Below are positions 13,432 to 25,500 of a DNA stretch of 64,000 bases, in pieces (the stretch's first letter is position 1; every line of letters begins with the position of its first letter). The translations under genes were made by a program, and so were the position numbers. The stretch is from Lingula anatina (Eukaryota > Animalia > Brachiopoda). The notes below the pieces were generated by a model. It was not told the DNA's origin. It saw nothing but the letters and a program-made list of their open reading frames with translations, and did not search any database. The stretch is from the NCBI GenBank assembly GCA_051362555.1, contig CM120640.1, positions 53,174,788-53,238,787 of the forward strand, given 5' to 3'.

Positions 13432-14844
13432 TCATAATAATGGTGGAACATCTGGGTCATCTACAAAGTCCTCGCTGTTCGGCCTTTCAACTGGTTTCTG
13501 GAAAACTTTACTTCCAAAGGGAGCCTTAACTACATCAGTCTTTTCCTTAACAATGTTTCCAAAATCCATCTCTTGATTTCCATTTGGTGCCACTTCCAAT
13601 AGCTCCACAGTTTTCATTTTGTTATCTTTGTGCCCATCATGCTTTGGTTCACTGTTGAAGGTTTGTTTAGGTGGGGACACTTTCCTTGCCTGTATAAGAT
13701 GTTTAGCTTTAGGCATTGATATCAAAAGATGTCCAGTGGTTTGAGAGCGCCGTGCCTTACTGGAGTCAGCTTTAACTTCCTCTTCAAGAACAAGTTGTAG
13801 AACTTTACCCTTGATTGTAACCCTTACATAAGTTGGCTGAACATCAACATCAAGTAGGGAGGTGTCTAAGTATTTGTACGTGCTTACATCTAGAACGTAC
13901 TGATTGTTCTCTTCATCATCAGTGAGTGAGAAGTCAATTTTTGCTTCGTTTACATTTAGCATTTGTCCATTGTCTGTCATGAGTCTTCTTGGTTGCTTGG
14001 TCTGTTTGCTTTCATCTTTCTTTTCATCACGCTTTTTCAGCTCTTGGAGGTGTTCATGAACCTGCATCCTTGATTCTGGTGTGAAAGGTACCTTTTCCTC
14101 CCAGAACTCTTTCTCTAACTCTTCTCTGTTTTTCTCATCATTCTTTGGAGAATCATTTATGGTTTCATTAATTTGTGTCTCAGCATTTACATCCAATGTA
14201 TTGTTGATATCCGTGTACCATCTTCCATCAAACCCTGGCTTATGCTCTTGTTTTACTTTATTCTTGCCCTCTTGCTTTTTCAATTCCTCTTCCCTTTCTT
14301 TTTCTCTCTTTTTCATATACTCATTCTGCTGTCTTATTATTTTATTTCTTATTTCACTATATTCTTGGATTGCCTTGATTCTCTCAGATTTTTCAATTCC
14401 TTGCCCATCGAGTTGTTGCAAATTCTTCAGTGTAGCTATAACATAGTCTCTATAACCATCATAGTTTGTGCAAGGATTGCCCGTTAGGAATAGTTCACGG
14501 AAATGCGGCAAATCGACCAGGCACTCGATACTTGTCAACTCTCCTACAAAATTCACTGTTAGATCTAGTTTTTGAAGTGATTCGCATCCTTCCAAATTTT
14601 CCACTCGTTCGACATTATTTAATGCAAGATTAAGATACTCAAGTTTTTTTAGTCTCCCAACATTTTCAATCTTTGGTATGAGGTTACTTTGAAGATACAA
14701 AATTTTCAATTCACGACACCACTTGTCCAAATTTTCGATCTTCTCTATGTCTTGCTGATGGAGAGATAATTCTTCCAAAGAGTATATCTCTCCCTCGTTG
14801 TGCTCTGAACGTTTTCGAACGAGTAATTCTGTTATTCTTACCAT
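13432..14844 (-). CDS. DNAAF11: Dynein axonemal assembly factor 11 (LRRC6/tilB/seahorse), 470 aa, single-exon CDS
   Basis: Continuous ORF with the N-terminal EHNEGEIYSLEELSLHQQDIEKIE leucine-rich repeats, an LRRcap (LTGNPC...YRDYVIATL), a CS/p23-like region (LDVDVQPTYVRVTIKGKVLQL...RSQTTGHLLISMPK) and the C-terminal DDPDVPPL typical of LRRC6. Confidence 0.95.
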   Translation of the reverse strand: MVRITELLVRKRSEHNEGEIYSLEELSLHQQDIEKIENLDKWCRELKILYLQSNLIPKIENVGRLKKLEYLNLALNNVERVENLEGCESLQKLDLTVNFVGELTSIECLVDLPHFRELFLTGNPCTNYDGYRDYVIATLKNLQQLDGQGIEKSERIKAIQEYSEIRNKIIRQQNEYMKKREKEREEELKKQEGKNKVKQEHKPGFDGRWYTDINNTLDVNAETQINETINDSPKNDEKNREELEKEFWEEKVPFTPESRMQVHEHLQELKKRDEKKDESKQTKQPRRLMTDNGQMLNVNEAKIDFSLTDDEENNQYVLDVSTYKYLDTSLLDVDVQPTYVRVTIKGKVLQLVLEEEVKADSSKARRSQTTGHLLISMPKAKHLIQARKVSPPKQTFNSEPKHDGHKDNKMKTVELLEVAPNGNQEMDFGNIVKEKTDVVKAPFGSKVFQKPVERPNSEDFVDDPDVPPLL

Positions 14845-17060
14845 GATTCAACTCAATTTTTACTGTAATTAGTGCATCTTTACAGGTTGATTCTTAGCGT
14901 ATATCAAGGTACAAGTTCACGAATTTAACATTCCGCCATGATTTCCAAGCAAACAATATTCGAAATCGAGGTTCTTGATACATATAAAATTTGGATTGGC
15001 AAAGCTGTGTATGTTTTAGTTTGAAGAGTGTAGTGCATTTTTTCATGCTTATTATATAGAGATGCGAATATTCCCTTCTTCCTATATCATTAAATAAATG
15101 TAATTGACATATTTGAAAATGAGTCGATCGTGCGTCTCGTGTCGGTGAATTCTAAGTAGTCTTAAATGTGACCGATTTCCAATGACCATGACACGGGCAT
15201 TCTTGATACACGTGAATGCCAGCTGATTTTGTATGATCAGTGTATCAGCGATTTGCGAACATCAGTTGAAGTAAGTAAACGAACGAAAGAAGACGTGTGG
15301 ACAAACCCAAAACAAATTACTGGTGAGTTCAATACCTTCTTTGATTTGGAGGGAAATAGTGAATATAAATCAATGTCAGTGTCAAAAAAACGTTTTACGT
15401 GTACATATGTGCGTTCATGCAAGTAAGTTATGCGAGAATATATCATAAATTATATTTTGCCTCAACCCGGCGGTTTGTATTTTTGAATTTTAGTAGGCGG
15501 GATTAACATTTGTTTCTTCAACCGTTCTAGTACATTCGTCTGACTTTGAACCTGTTATAATTCATAGGGAAACAGTTGAGTATTTGGTTTCCCCTCAGGA
15601 GTAGTAAAACTTAAATTAAAAAAAAGGAAAAAAAAAAGAAGACACCCTATTTGTATTTGGTAACGTAAGGAATGTGTCTGTCATTTAATTGGTACTGGCA
15701 TTTACTAAATGTCCAGTCGGTACACAAAATTGTATAACATGTTATATGTATACATGAGTATTGAAAATATTTGTGGTAAATAAAATGTCAGACAATTATA
15801 GTTTGGCAAGTTTAACTGCAGACATATTTGATTTTCTGCAAGGAAGTTAAGGCACGCTTGCAAGATAAAGTTTGATGTGAATAGATAATTTAATGTTACA
15901 TACGATTATCAAATTATTTAATGACATTATGTATTAAACAAGCTTTTTGGAAAAATTGGTCAAACGTTACACGGATGATAAAGAAAATCAAATTGACTAC
16001 TGTTACACAGAAAATTAGATTTTGATTTACATTTTTATATTTATTATAAATATTTCCAAGACGTAGATTGCACCACCTTTCTAAAATATGTCAGATCACC
16101 TTGAAAGAGAGAATTCCCCCTCTGAGTCATACATCATGCTAGGCCCATGTGATTGACAGTTATTCGCTTCTTATATTAGAAAAGAAAGTAGGTCATTTCT
16201 GGAATTTTGTATAGGTGAGCATATTATGTACAAATCAAGTAAGAATTGCATCATCGGCATGCACAGTTCGTGATCTGTTTAAAAATGTGGGTGTATAATG
16301 TTAATCATTTTGTGGAAAGGTGTCTGTCAGCCCTGAATGGCATGATGTTTTTTGACTCATAAAAGAAAAACGAGTATTGATTATGGTGATGTCTTTGAAT
16401 AATTAAGGCAGCTGTACACGTGTTCAGGGAATGCCCATTGAATGTATTAATGGTAGGGGAATTTCTGCAGCAGATTTCTTTTATGGATTTTTATACAAAA
16501 AAAAGGTGTAAATTTTCTAGAAGATTTGGGGAAAAAAGCAAGCCTTAGTTGAAATTACAAAATATATATACATCATATGTAATAGTTAAATGAGATAAGT
16601 AAGGTTAATATGTAGGTAAGTAAACTTACAGGAACCAGAGATAAACATTAAATATTTAGATTATTATGGCAGATTTCTGAAAATACAAATATCTTACCCA
16701 AAAGTCAAAGACAATGATAATAATAAATACATAAATGTATGGACCCTCCAGCCCCAAGGTTCCATAAACATAGATTGTGGCAGTGCTAGCTGTGTCAATT
16801 TAATATTATATTCATCTTAAAAATACACTTTAAAAATAATTATAATTAGCAAGGTATGTTTAGAATTTTATTTATTCAAAAAATGGAGTGCAAATGTTTC
16901 AATTTTAAGAGCTCTATTAATATTAAAATTTCTGAGACATTTTGAACATAAATTAATAAATAAAGATTCTGGAAACTATCCAAAGATTTAATTGAGAAGA
17001 AGAAAAAATCATTTCATCCATAATTCCCAGTAGATACATTTTACAAGTGTTTTAGGTTGT

Positions 17061-17189
17061 AATTCTCAATATAGAATAGGCTGATACTAAAGTATTTAAA
17101 AATGAAATTGCTTGTGCTTCAGAAAATTCTCAATATAGAATAGGCTGATACTAAATATTTAAAAATGAAATTGCTTGTGCTTCAGAAAA
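17061..17189. repeat. Near-perfect 64-bp tandem duplication
   Basis: aattctcaatatagaataggctgatactaaa(g)tatttaaaaatgaaattgcttgtgcttcagaa occurs twice. Confidence 0.9.
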
Positions 17190-17810
17190 TAATGAAAGAA
17201 CATACGACAAAAGTACATAAAGCAATACAAAAACTTGGATAAGGATGTGAAAATAGTCTGATATATATTGTTTCTGTATGCTGATATAAGGTGAGGTAGT
17301 TAGGTATATTTTTATTTTTAAATTAAAGTGCGATGCTCTAGGTAATGATTAAATGTCCACAAATGAAAACAGAATGAAAGACAGGATGAAACAATTTAGG
17401 ACAAGTCTGGACAACAGTAAACATCTTGACCATTTATTTTCGGCCTTGATGTCAGAAAGTGTAGAACTACGTGACTACATTTTATGTCAACAATTTGTTA
17501 TTGTGTTAATGTATGCTGAATTAATCTAAATACTAGGACTTATCAGCTGTGCAGTAGAATGCCAATCAAGTGAGTTGCTTGGCAATTCCTCAAGGTGACA
17601 TTGAACAGGGTGAGGGTTAACCAACAAAGTTTTGGAAAATTTATCCAGTTAAATAAGATTGTATAACAATTAGATTACCTGAACCGGTATTGTAGTTTGT
17701 AAGAATTCAGTGCAACATTTTTTCCACTAATCTTGCTTGAAAAATGTGAAAAAAAATAGAATTATTACTTTTCACTGGTGTGTGTTAGGTACTTTGTTTA
17801 TCTGAAGCTG

Positions 17811-17905
17811 CCATTGGCTGAAACTGGGTCATGCAGGCAATGCATGTTTGTAACATGACAACATGTTTATGAGTCTACTACCTGCTGACAGAGTATATAT
17901 AAAGG
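17811..17905 (+). promoter_or_regulatory. Candidate CCAAT + TATA promoter of the ADH-like gene
   Basis: Reverse CCAAT (ATTGG at 17813) lies ~80 bp upstream of TATATATAAAGG (~17894), about 370 bp before the ATG. An acceptor at 18245-18246 implies a 5'UTR intron. Confidence 0.4.
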
Positions 17906-18270
17906 ACCCACACTTGCCCTGAACAAATAATACAAAGAAATAATACAAAGTTGAAAGAACTGTTGCATACATTGGACTCTAAAAAGAAAATTGCATGGAA
18001 GTTTTAAACGCAAACCTTGGATATCATGTAAGTTGTACTTTGGACTCTCATGCAGCTGTTAACTGGATTATAGTAGTATGCTGCTTTTGGTCAGTGCAAC
18101 ACCAAGCTCTTGAAGGGTAATGAGCTGATTAAAACTCTGGAACCAGGGGAATTCACATTGTTTTACTTGAATTTTGAAAATCTTCGTATGCACAGTGTGG
18201 GTTTACATCTAAAGAAAGAAAGTTAAGGTCTACATATTTTTTCCAGATTGCAAAATTTGATACCAACAAC

Positions 18271-19924
18271 ATGAGTCGGTCAGCAGCCATGTTTTGTCTA
18301 AGAAGTGGCAGTATTGAGGAGAAGTTTGATTACTGCCCAGATACACAAATCCCATCTATTCCTCCTGGTGGGGCTGTTGTGAAGGTAAGAGTAATTTTAT
18401 ACTTCACTGAAGATCAAATACACATTGCTTCCATTTGTCAGAGTGTACATTTTTGGGTTTCTTGTTAAGTAGAGGTAAGAGATAAATGGAAATGTCAGGG
18501 TATCCTGCATCAAGCTTGTACTATAGGTTTACCTGACAAATCTGCCTTTTGAAATGTGCTGTTTGTTACTTTTGGATAAAAAAAAGATTTGAGAAAATAT
18601 AGACTTTGGCATTTGGTAATTAGACTACATACTTACAGCAAAACTGTTAAATGCTATAGCTTTGATACAAATCTGAAAAGTCTAGGGTGTGTCAATTTGC
18701 AAACATCAAGTGCCATATAACTTATAAGTAAAACATTAATAACCATAATATGTAGTTTCAGAAAAAGTATGTGGAATATATTTAGCTAATCTGGCCTATT
18801 GTATCCAGAGAGAGATTATGAAATTTATTTAGCAATGGGATTATCTTATCTCGATGTGACCAGGGAATTATATTGTAGACTATACAATTCCCTGATGTGG
18901 CGGACTGAAGTTATTGTTGAATATTAGATGATTAAGTATCGTTGACATTAGATGGAAATGTAACATTTACAGCAGTTCTGTTTCTGTTCTGTTTGAGAAA
19001 GTTAAGTTCGCAATGTTCTGTATGGATTTTCAAGTTGCATTACGTAAGAGCTAAACTGAATAAAGGGACACAAGACTAGTACAGCTTAACAAGGGCCTCA
19101 GGTTCGATGTTTTGTTAAGCAAGTGGGCAACAGTCCAACTGTGAAAATAATGCCAAAGCACCTGACTATGACGTTAATGTTGACCAGTATAAAGTTCCCA
19201 ATATGTCCAATATATTATTGCTGACAAAGGTACTGCCCAGACAGTAAATATACTAGAAATGCATAAACAGTGTAATCCAGAGAGATATTTACTAGTATGC
19301 ATTGGGGTTTGCAGGATCTCTTTTTATTTTGTATTGTTAGTTTAGCATCATATTTGAATTGATCTGCCAAGCTTGTTCAAGTCCAGAATGTGAATTATAG
19401 TAAATGCAAGAAAAATCAATAAGAACATGTAGGAATCACATGATCTGTGCCTATGTTGTGTGGTATAATGGAGCTAAAAGTGTTGAAGTGTTAAAGGGTC
19501 CCTCGCTTTTTATTTGCAAATTAAGAAAGTATGTAAAAGTTCAATGTAACCTGTAAGAATCATGGAGTGCATAGATTCTTTGGTTTTAAAATGGACATTT
19601 ACAAAATATTTACCTCATCTGCAGCTAATTTCATATGGTAAGAGTAGGATCCTTGTGAAAACCTCAACAAGGGTGAAAGCCCTCGCAAGGCTTTCCTTGT
19701 GAAAATTGTAGGGATTTATTTAAGAATGACTTGAGAAGGGTTACTTGAAGTCCTTAAATCATGAAAAATAAAGCATGAGGACTTAGTTGTATTTGGGTCA
19801 GTTCCCTATCACATGGCAGTCCATGTGAGAATAAGAGCTCTAAGTAAGGGGGGACTAATTTGGTTCTCCATTTTCAGGATGGAAAAATATACATCAGTTA
19901 TTTCCATATAAAAAAACTTAATTA

Positions 19925-19955
<31 letters not shown>

Positions 19956-22535
19956 CAGATTTGCTATGCTGGTGCTTGTTATACAGAAGATCACATGATT
20001 GGCCATCATAAAAATCTTACCCCAGGTATGTATTAGATTTGGAATTAAATTTTAACGTAGTTTTTTTTTTCCTGGGAAAAAATAGTGTTGAAAACCATCG
20101 ATCAAGATCAACTTTTCTATTAATGGATATAATAACTAACATAGCGTCTTTGACTGGAATTTAGTCAGTTCTGTAATGGATTGATATTTAGTGAAATCCA
20201 TAACCTTCATAGTAGACTAACATCATTCCTAAAAACAAATCTGTGTGACTCTTGGCATTCTCAGAGCATCTGCACATCACATGATAACGGGGCTTCCAAG
20301 AGTTATTTAGTAGGTCAGAAAAGAGAAAAATCGATATCTGCTCTGTGAAGTTACCTGTATGCTCTCTGCTGATTGGCTGCTTAGTTGGCTAATTTATGCA
20401 AGGTCAAAAGGTTGAAAGTGTACTTGAGCTGATGTGTACAGACTCTGCCAGTTGCTAAATATAAATGGAACCACATAAAGAACCTTCCATTGTTTGTTTG
20501 AGATTTACTCCTTCGGTTTGAAACCGCATTGTTAGAAAGTAAATAGCAAACTAGAAATAGGGAAATATTGCGCAGTTTGGTCAGTGGAGATATAAATCAA
20601 TGAAAAGTAGGAATTTGCATATATTTTTCTATCTAGTGCCCCTTTCTCAAAGATTAATATTAAAGGAACATTTGAAGATACTGCTTATCATTCAAATGAA
20701 GCTTTGCAAATTTTCACTTGTATTTTATTTATCGATTTTTATTCATCATAGAGAATACACTCAAGCTTTCATTCTTTAATGAGCTATCAAATTTATACAA
20801 CTTTTATATTTATTCAGGCTTTGAAGTGGCTGGAATCATTCATGGTGTCTGTCCATCTGTTCCCAACGCAAATCTAAACATTGGCGACAGAGTCATAGTT
20901 TTCCCAGAGGAGCACCATTACACCAACACATACTCCGATTATATCACTGTGAAGGATGTGAATAATTTGATTGTGATCCCACCAGAATTTCCCATGGAAG
21001 TGGCAGCCATGCTTCCCTGTGGCGGCCTCACAGCCTACAACGCAGTTATGAGAGCTAAACCCATTGTGGAATACATGCTGCAGAATAGAAGTAAGTTTGA
21101 TTTGGTAGTGTGATAGGATGCTGTTAAAACCAGTATTAATATTCATATAATTTTGAGAGGAATGAAAGAAGTTTAAACTTGCAGTGATTTTATTCATGCA
21201 AAAATGTATGTACAAAATATGCTAGAAAACTAGAAATCTTCTTTAGCTTTTGATCAAAGATTTGTATAGTAACATGAATTTTTCTCTTCTCTTCAGATTG
21301 TGTCAATATCCTAATAGTTGGTGCTGGTGGTTTGGGGTTGTGGACAATTAAACTGGCCAAAGCTTTAATCAGTGGAGACTGCAACAGAGTTCACATCACA
21401 GTAGCAGACACAAGTGTAAGTTTAATTTGTATTTTGTTATTCTTTTTGTTTTTATGTTTGTATAAACTAGTATGTAATAGACTTTACAAAAAAGAATGAA
21501 AATGTAATTATGGTTAATGTACCAATTTGTCATCATATATATGTTGGTAAGGAAAATAAAAATTCAACAGATAGGTTGCACATATATTTATGATTTTTAA
21601 TGTTTGTTCCAGATTGACAAATTACTCCTGGCTCAGGATCATGGTTGTTACGATGTCATTCACTGGAATGATGCAGACCATGAGCAGTACTTAATTGAAA
21701 GGACACTGGATGTGTGTCGTGGTGGCGTAGACCTTGTCATCGATTACGTCAGCTCACCTAGAACATTTAGCAGGACGCTGCAGGTCCTTAATAGGGTAAG
21801 AGATATTCTGCTATTTTCCTTAGATAAAGTTTTTTTTAAATTCATTTATATTTACTCATCTTGAATTATATTTTATAGTGACATTGATTATAGTTTCAAA
21901 AATAGTTACGAGAAGTGAAGAATGGGCATTTATACAATAGCCAATTATGACACAAGGCTAGTGCCATAATTAAAAATGAGAATACTGAAAAATAGTGATG
22001 AATAATTTGTTCTATTTTAGGAAGGAGTGGTGATTGTTGGTGGCAACTGTCAGTTTGAAATCAGCATTTGCTTGAACACACTAGCACAGAACCAGCAGAG
22101 CATTGTTGGTCTTCACTCTGGTACTGTTAACCAGCTTAGACAGCTTGTGGAACTACTCACTGCACAGAAGGTGGGTCTACTTCATTGGAAATAAATTATT
22201 TATTATCTTGAATATTGTAATGTGAAATGTTCTCATCTATTCTTACTTTTAAGCTGTAAATAACTGAGTAAATGATACTCAGTTATTTATTTGGATTAGA
22301 ATTTTGATTGAATTCACGATGAAGAAAACTACAGAAATGTCTTTGAGTAAAAAATTATATATTAATTTGGTTATATTTACAGCTTGCATAATAATTTTCA
22401 ATGGTATTCTTTCAGGTTACTCCACCTACTTATGCCACTTACCCAATCACTCAGGCCAGCCAGGTGTTCAAAGACTTAAATGAATGTAAAATTCTTGGCA
22501 GGGCTGTCTTACAAGTCAGTGCAGTGGAGGATTAA
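18271..22535 (+). CDS. Medium-chain dehydrogenase/reductase (alcohol dehydrogenase-like), 341 aa, 7 coding exons
   Basis: Exons 18271-18384, 19959-20025, 20818-21090, 21297-21415, 21613-21795, 22021-22170 and 22416-22535 splice in frame (1026 nt). Motifs: VKICYAGAC, PGFEVAG, IGDRV, AAMLPCGGLTAYNA, Rossmann ILIVGAGGLG, GGVDLVID, and C-terminal KILGRAVL. Confidence 0.9.
18861..18894. mobile_element. 34-bp palindromic micro-insertion with near-perfect 7-bp TSD
   Basis: cagggaattatat...atacaattccctg flanked by atgtgac and atgtggc. Confidence 0.55.
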
Positions 22536-25500
22536 GATATCTCGAGGGCAACCAAAGACTGCCACATGGATATATATATATATATCAGAAATCGGACCTT
22601 AGGAAGAGTCCGTATTCAAATGTGTTCAGTTGTGGTGCTACTCCCCAAGTTCAGTCTACCTACAGGAGTAGAAGTCTGATTCTGTGATGGGAAGATCTTG
22701 CCCACTGCAGAGGAATTTACAAGAACATTTCAGATCTGATGCTCTATACAAGTGTGTGTAGCATAAAGATCTGCCATTCCTCAATGTGATTGTTATCCAT
22801 AATACAATATGAGAGAAAGGGGGAACACAAGGTGTTGTTTTCATCATCATTGTCATCATCATCACATTGTTAAGTGTTTCAGCACAAGTTGTTTTTGTGC
22901 TATTTTGGTTATTTAAAACGGCATGGATGTCAGACTGGGGATTTATTTATATGGTGAGTGGAAGATGGATTTAGCAAAGAACATGAGATTTATCTGGATG
23001 GACCAAAGAACTGGCTGTCTCATTTTTTTATTTATTTATAAAGGACTTGCTTTGTACCCAGTCCAATTTGATCTCATTTGTTTGTAAATGTATTTATTAG
23101 CATGTGTGTACATAATTATATTTATGGTAACTTATCGTTTGATTAAGTCATTCAGGTAGAACAGTTTTATTCCAATCTTGGTGAAAATGGACGAAAGTAT
23201 CTACATAGGTAATTGGATGAAAGCGATAATGTAGATCTTTGTCATAACAAAGTCCATTTTATTCTTATTTTTGAACAAAGTATTAAGTTTTGCTAAAATT
23301 TTAGTATGTTTATTAACTTAAATTGAAAAAAAAATTCTGGAGGTTTTTTGTTATGTAGTTGCAAAACATTGTATACATTGAGATATAACTTGAAACATTC
23401 AAATGAGAAATGTGTATCCCCATGTCACATGGCATTTTCTTATTAGTAGAGGCTTTTTTTTTTCGTCCTTGCCAAAATCATTTTATGCAAGTGAGAATGT
23501 CAAGTTAAATCTTATGTCATCATTTGTAAATAGCATCTCATGTCATTAATTATAACATCTGTATATAATGAACAGAAATTAAAAATCTAAAACTCACAGA
23601 AATCGTGTTGGCATATGTCTTTGAAGTCTGAAAGTTTAACTTGTTCTGTTATTAAACGACACAATATTGGGGGAGATATATTAAAAGGACTTCTTGTATA
23701 TCTGTCTTGAAAGCGGAGTGCCACACAAGTGAGCTCAATTCATAAATAGCACAACTGGAAAGCATGTTGTGGAAGCGGTCCATGACTAACCTTGGTTGGA
23801 GAGGGAAAGATTAAAACGCCCACAGGTTTTTAAGGATCACTGTCTTAGATGTGTAAATATGTAAGCCATGGCAACCATCTTAAACTGGAGAAGTGTAAAC
23901 AGCATTATCAGGCACATGGATGCAGGGCAACCTACTCAATATCATACAGTCCACCATTGCTAAAACTAGCGAAAGACCTTGCCAGATAGCTGAATTTTGG
24001 CAGTTGGGGATTATTGTTGGATTTTGAACTAGGCAACCACAAACAAAACAAATGGCTATTCTCTCTGGTTCTCAATTAAGAATGCTGTGCAGAAGAGAGC
24101 TTAGTCATACATAGCTCTGTATTTGAATCAATATTCTCCCTCGTTCTCAGATCTCCAAGATGTGAGTCTATTTTTAGCAATTCGTGTGCTGTTGAGATGA
24201 AAACATCTATTTTAAGCTCACGTTTTTAATATGAAATTTTAATTTTTGCACTTTCATTGGTTAGAAATGAGGTACTGCTTATCAGAGCATGAAATTAAAT
24301 TACAATGCCATGAAAAGTCAGACTACCTTTTCTGATGTGAGATTCAAATTCCACTGTCAAGGTTAAGTTTTCATTAGTTTCCATAAAAAGCTTTTCAACA
24401 CAATGGTGAAAAGGGAGTTTTATATCCAGATCGAAATTTAAGGGGATTGCTTTCAGTTAGACGTACATGTTGACATGTGAAACCTATCTCCAACAAAGTT
24501 AGTTTAGAATATTGCCTTGTTGTTATAACAGTCAACACAACCAAATTTTGCAACCAGGTTTTCCATTTTCAAATACCTGTTGTTTGTGCTAAGCCATATG
24601 ATTAACATTAAATCAAGATGTAATGTACACTTCAAAAAAAGAAAAAAAAAAAAAAAAAGGTTTCTTTATTTCAGACCAACCTCTGCCATTAACATGAATT
24701 TTTTCAAAACAGTTTTTACCAGGTCTATTCTAAACATTACAGACCAAAACTACATTTGATCATTATAATAAACAAATAAATCTGGCTTCAGTCAAATAAG
24801 GATTTTGCCTTTCTAGAAAGGTTGAGATACATGCACAGTACATCTTTAGAAAGCATTTTCTCAACAGCATACTGCAATCTTACCATAGCTGCATAGTCTA
24901 AATATTATTAGCAATGCACAATTCTGCACAACTTTGGAAAGAAGATTTTTGCATTACTATCAACTTAGAATATATCTAATATTCAGCCAGTAGAAGGCCT
25001 TGGAAAAAAGACAGTGCCAGTTTCATTCAGTGATTGATCAATGGGTAATTACTCTCATTAACTAGTTCCAAGGACACCTAGCAGGTTAAGGTTATTCACC
25101 CACTTTTCAACCCTCAAATAAACAAGCATTCCAGTATTTATCAAATTGGTCTTGATAGACCCCATATTAATGCCCATTTAGTGATGATGAATTACTTTCT
25201 TGTTTTCAAGTTTTGTCTCACAAAAAAGAGTGACCTTTAGTTCTCACACTGTCTATCTAAAATTATTTTTGCAGTAAAATGGAAATAAAGTGTAAAATAA
25301 AAAAATTCTTTGAAATTGAGGATTCCATTTCCTAGAAATATATGACAGCACTAATAATGAACATATTTTTAGTGGTGTTGAAGACCTGTGCAAACCCATT
25401 CTTGAGTATGCTTCTCTTGGTTACAGGAGAAAAAGAAAATTTGCATCAGGATTGTTAAAATACAACAAAAATATCAGAAAAAGACACCACCACCATCTGA

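Noticed and set aside
14081-14487. Plus-strand ORFs of 121 and 104 aa
   Set aside because: Antisense shadows of the Lys/Glu-rich part of DNAAF11.
14941-14958. Possible RFX X-box plus forkhead site upstream of the ciliary gene DNAAF11
   Set aside because: ATTTCCAAGCAAAC deviates from the X-box consensus at several positions, too weak to call.
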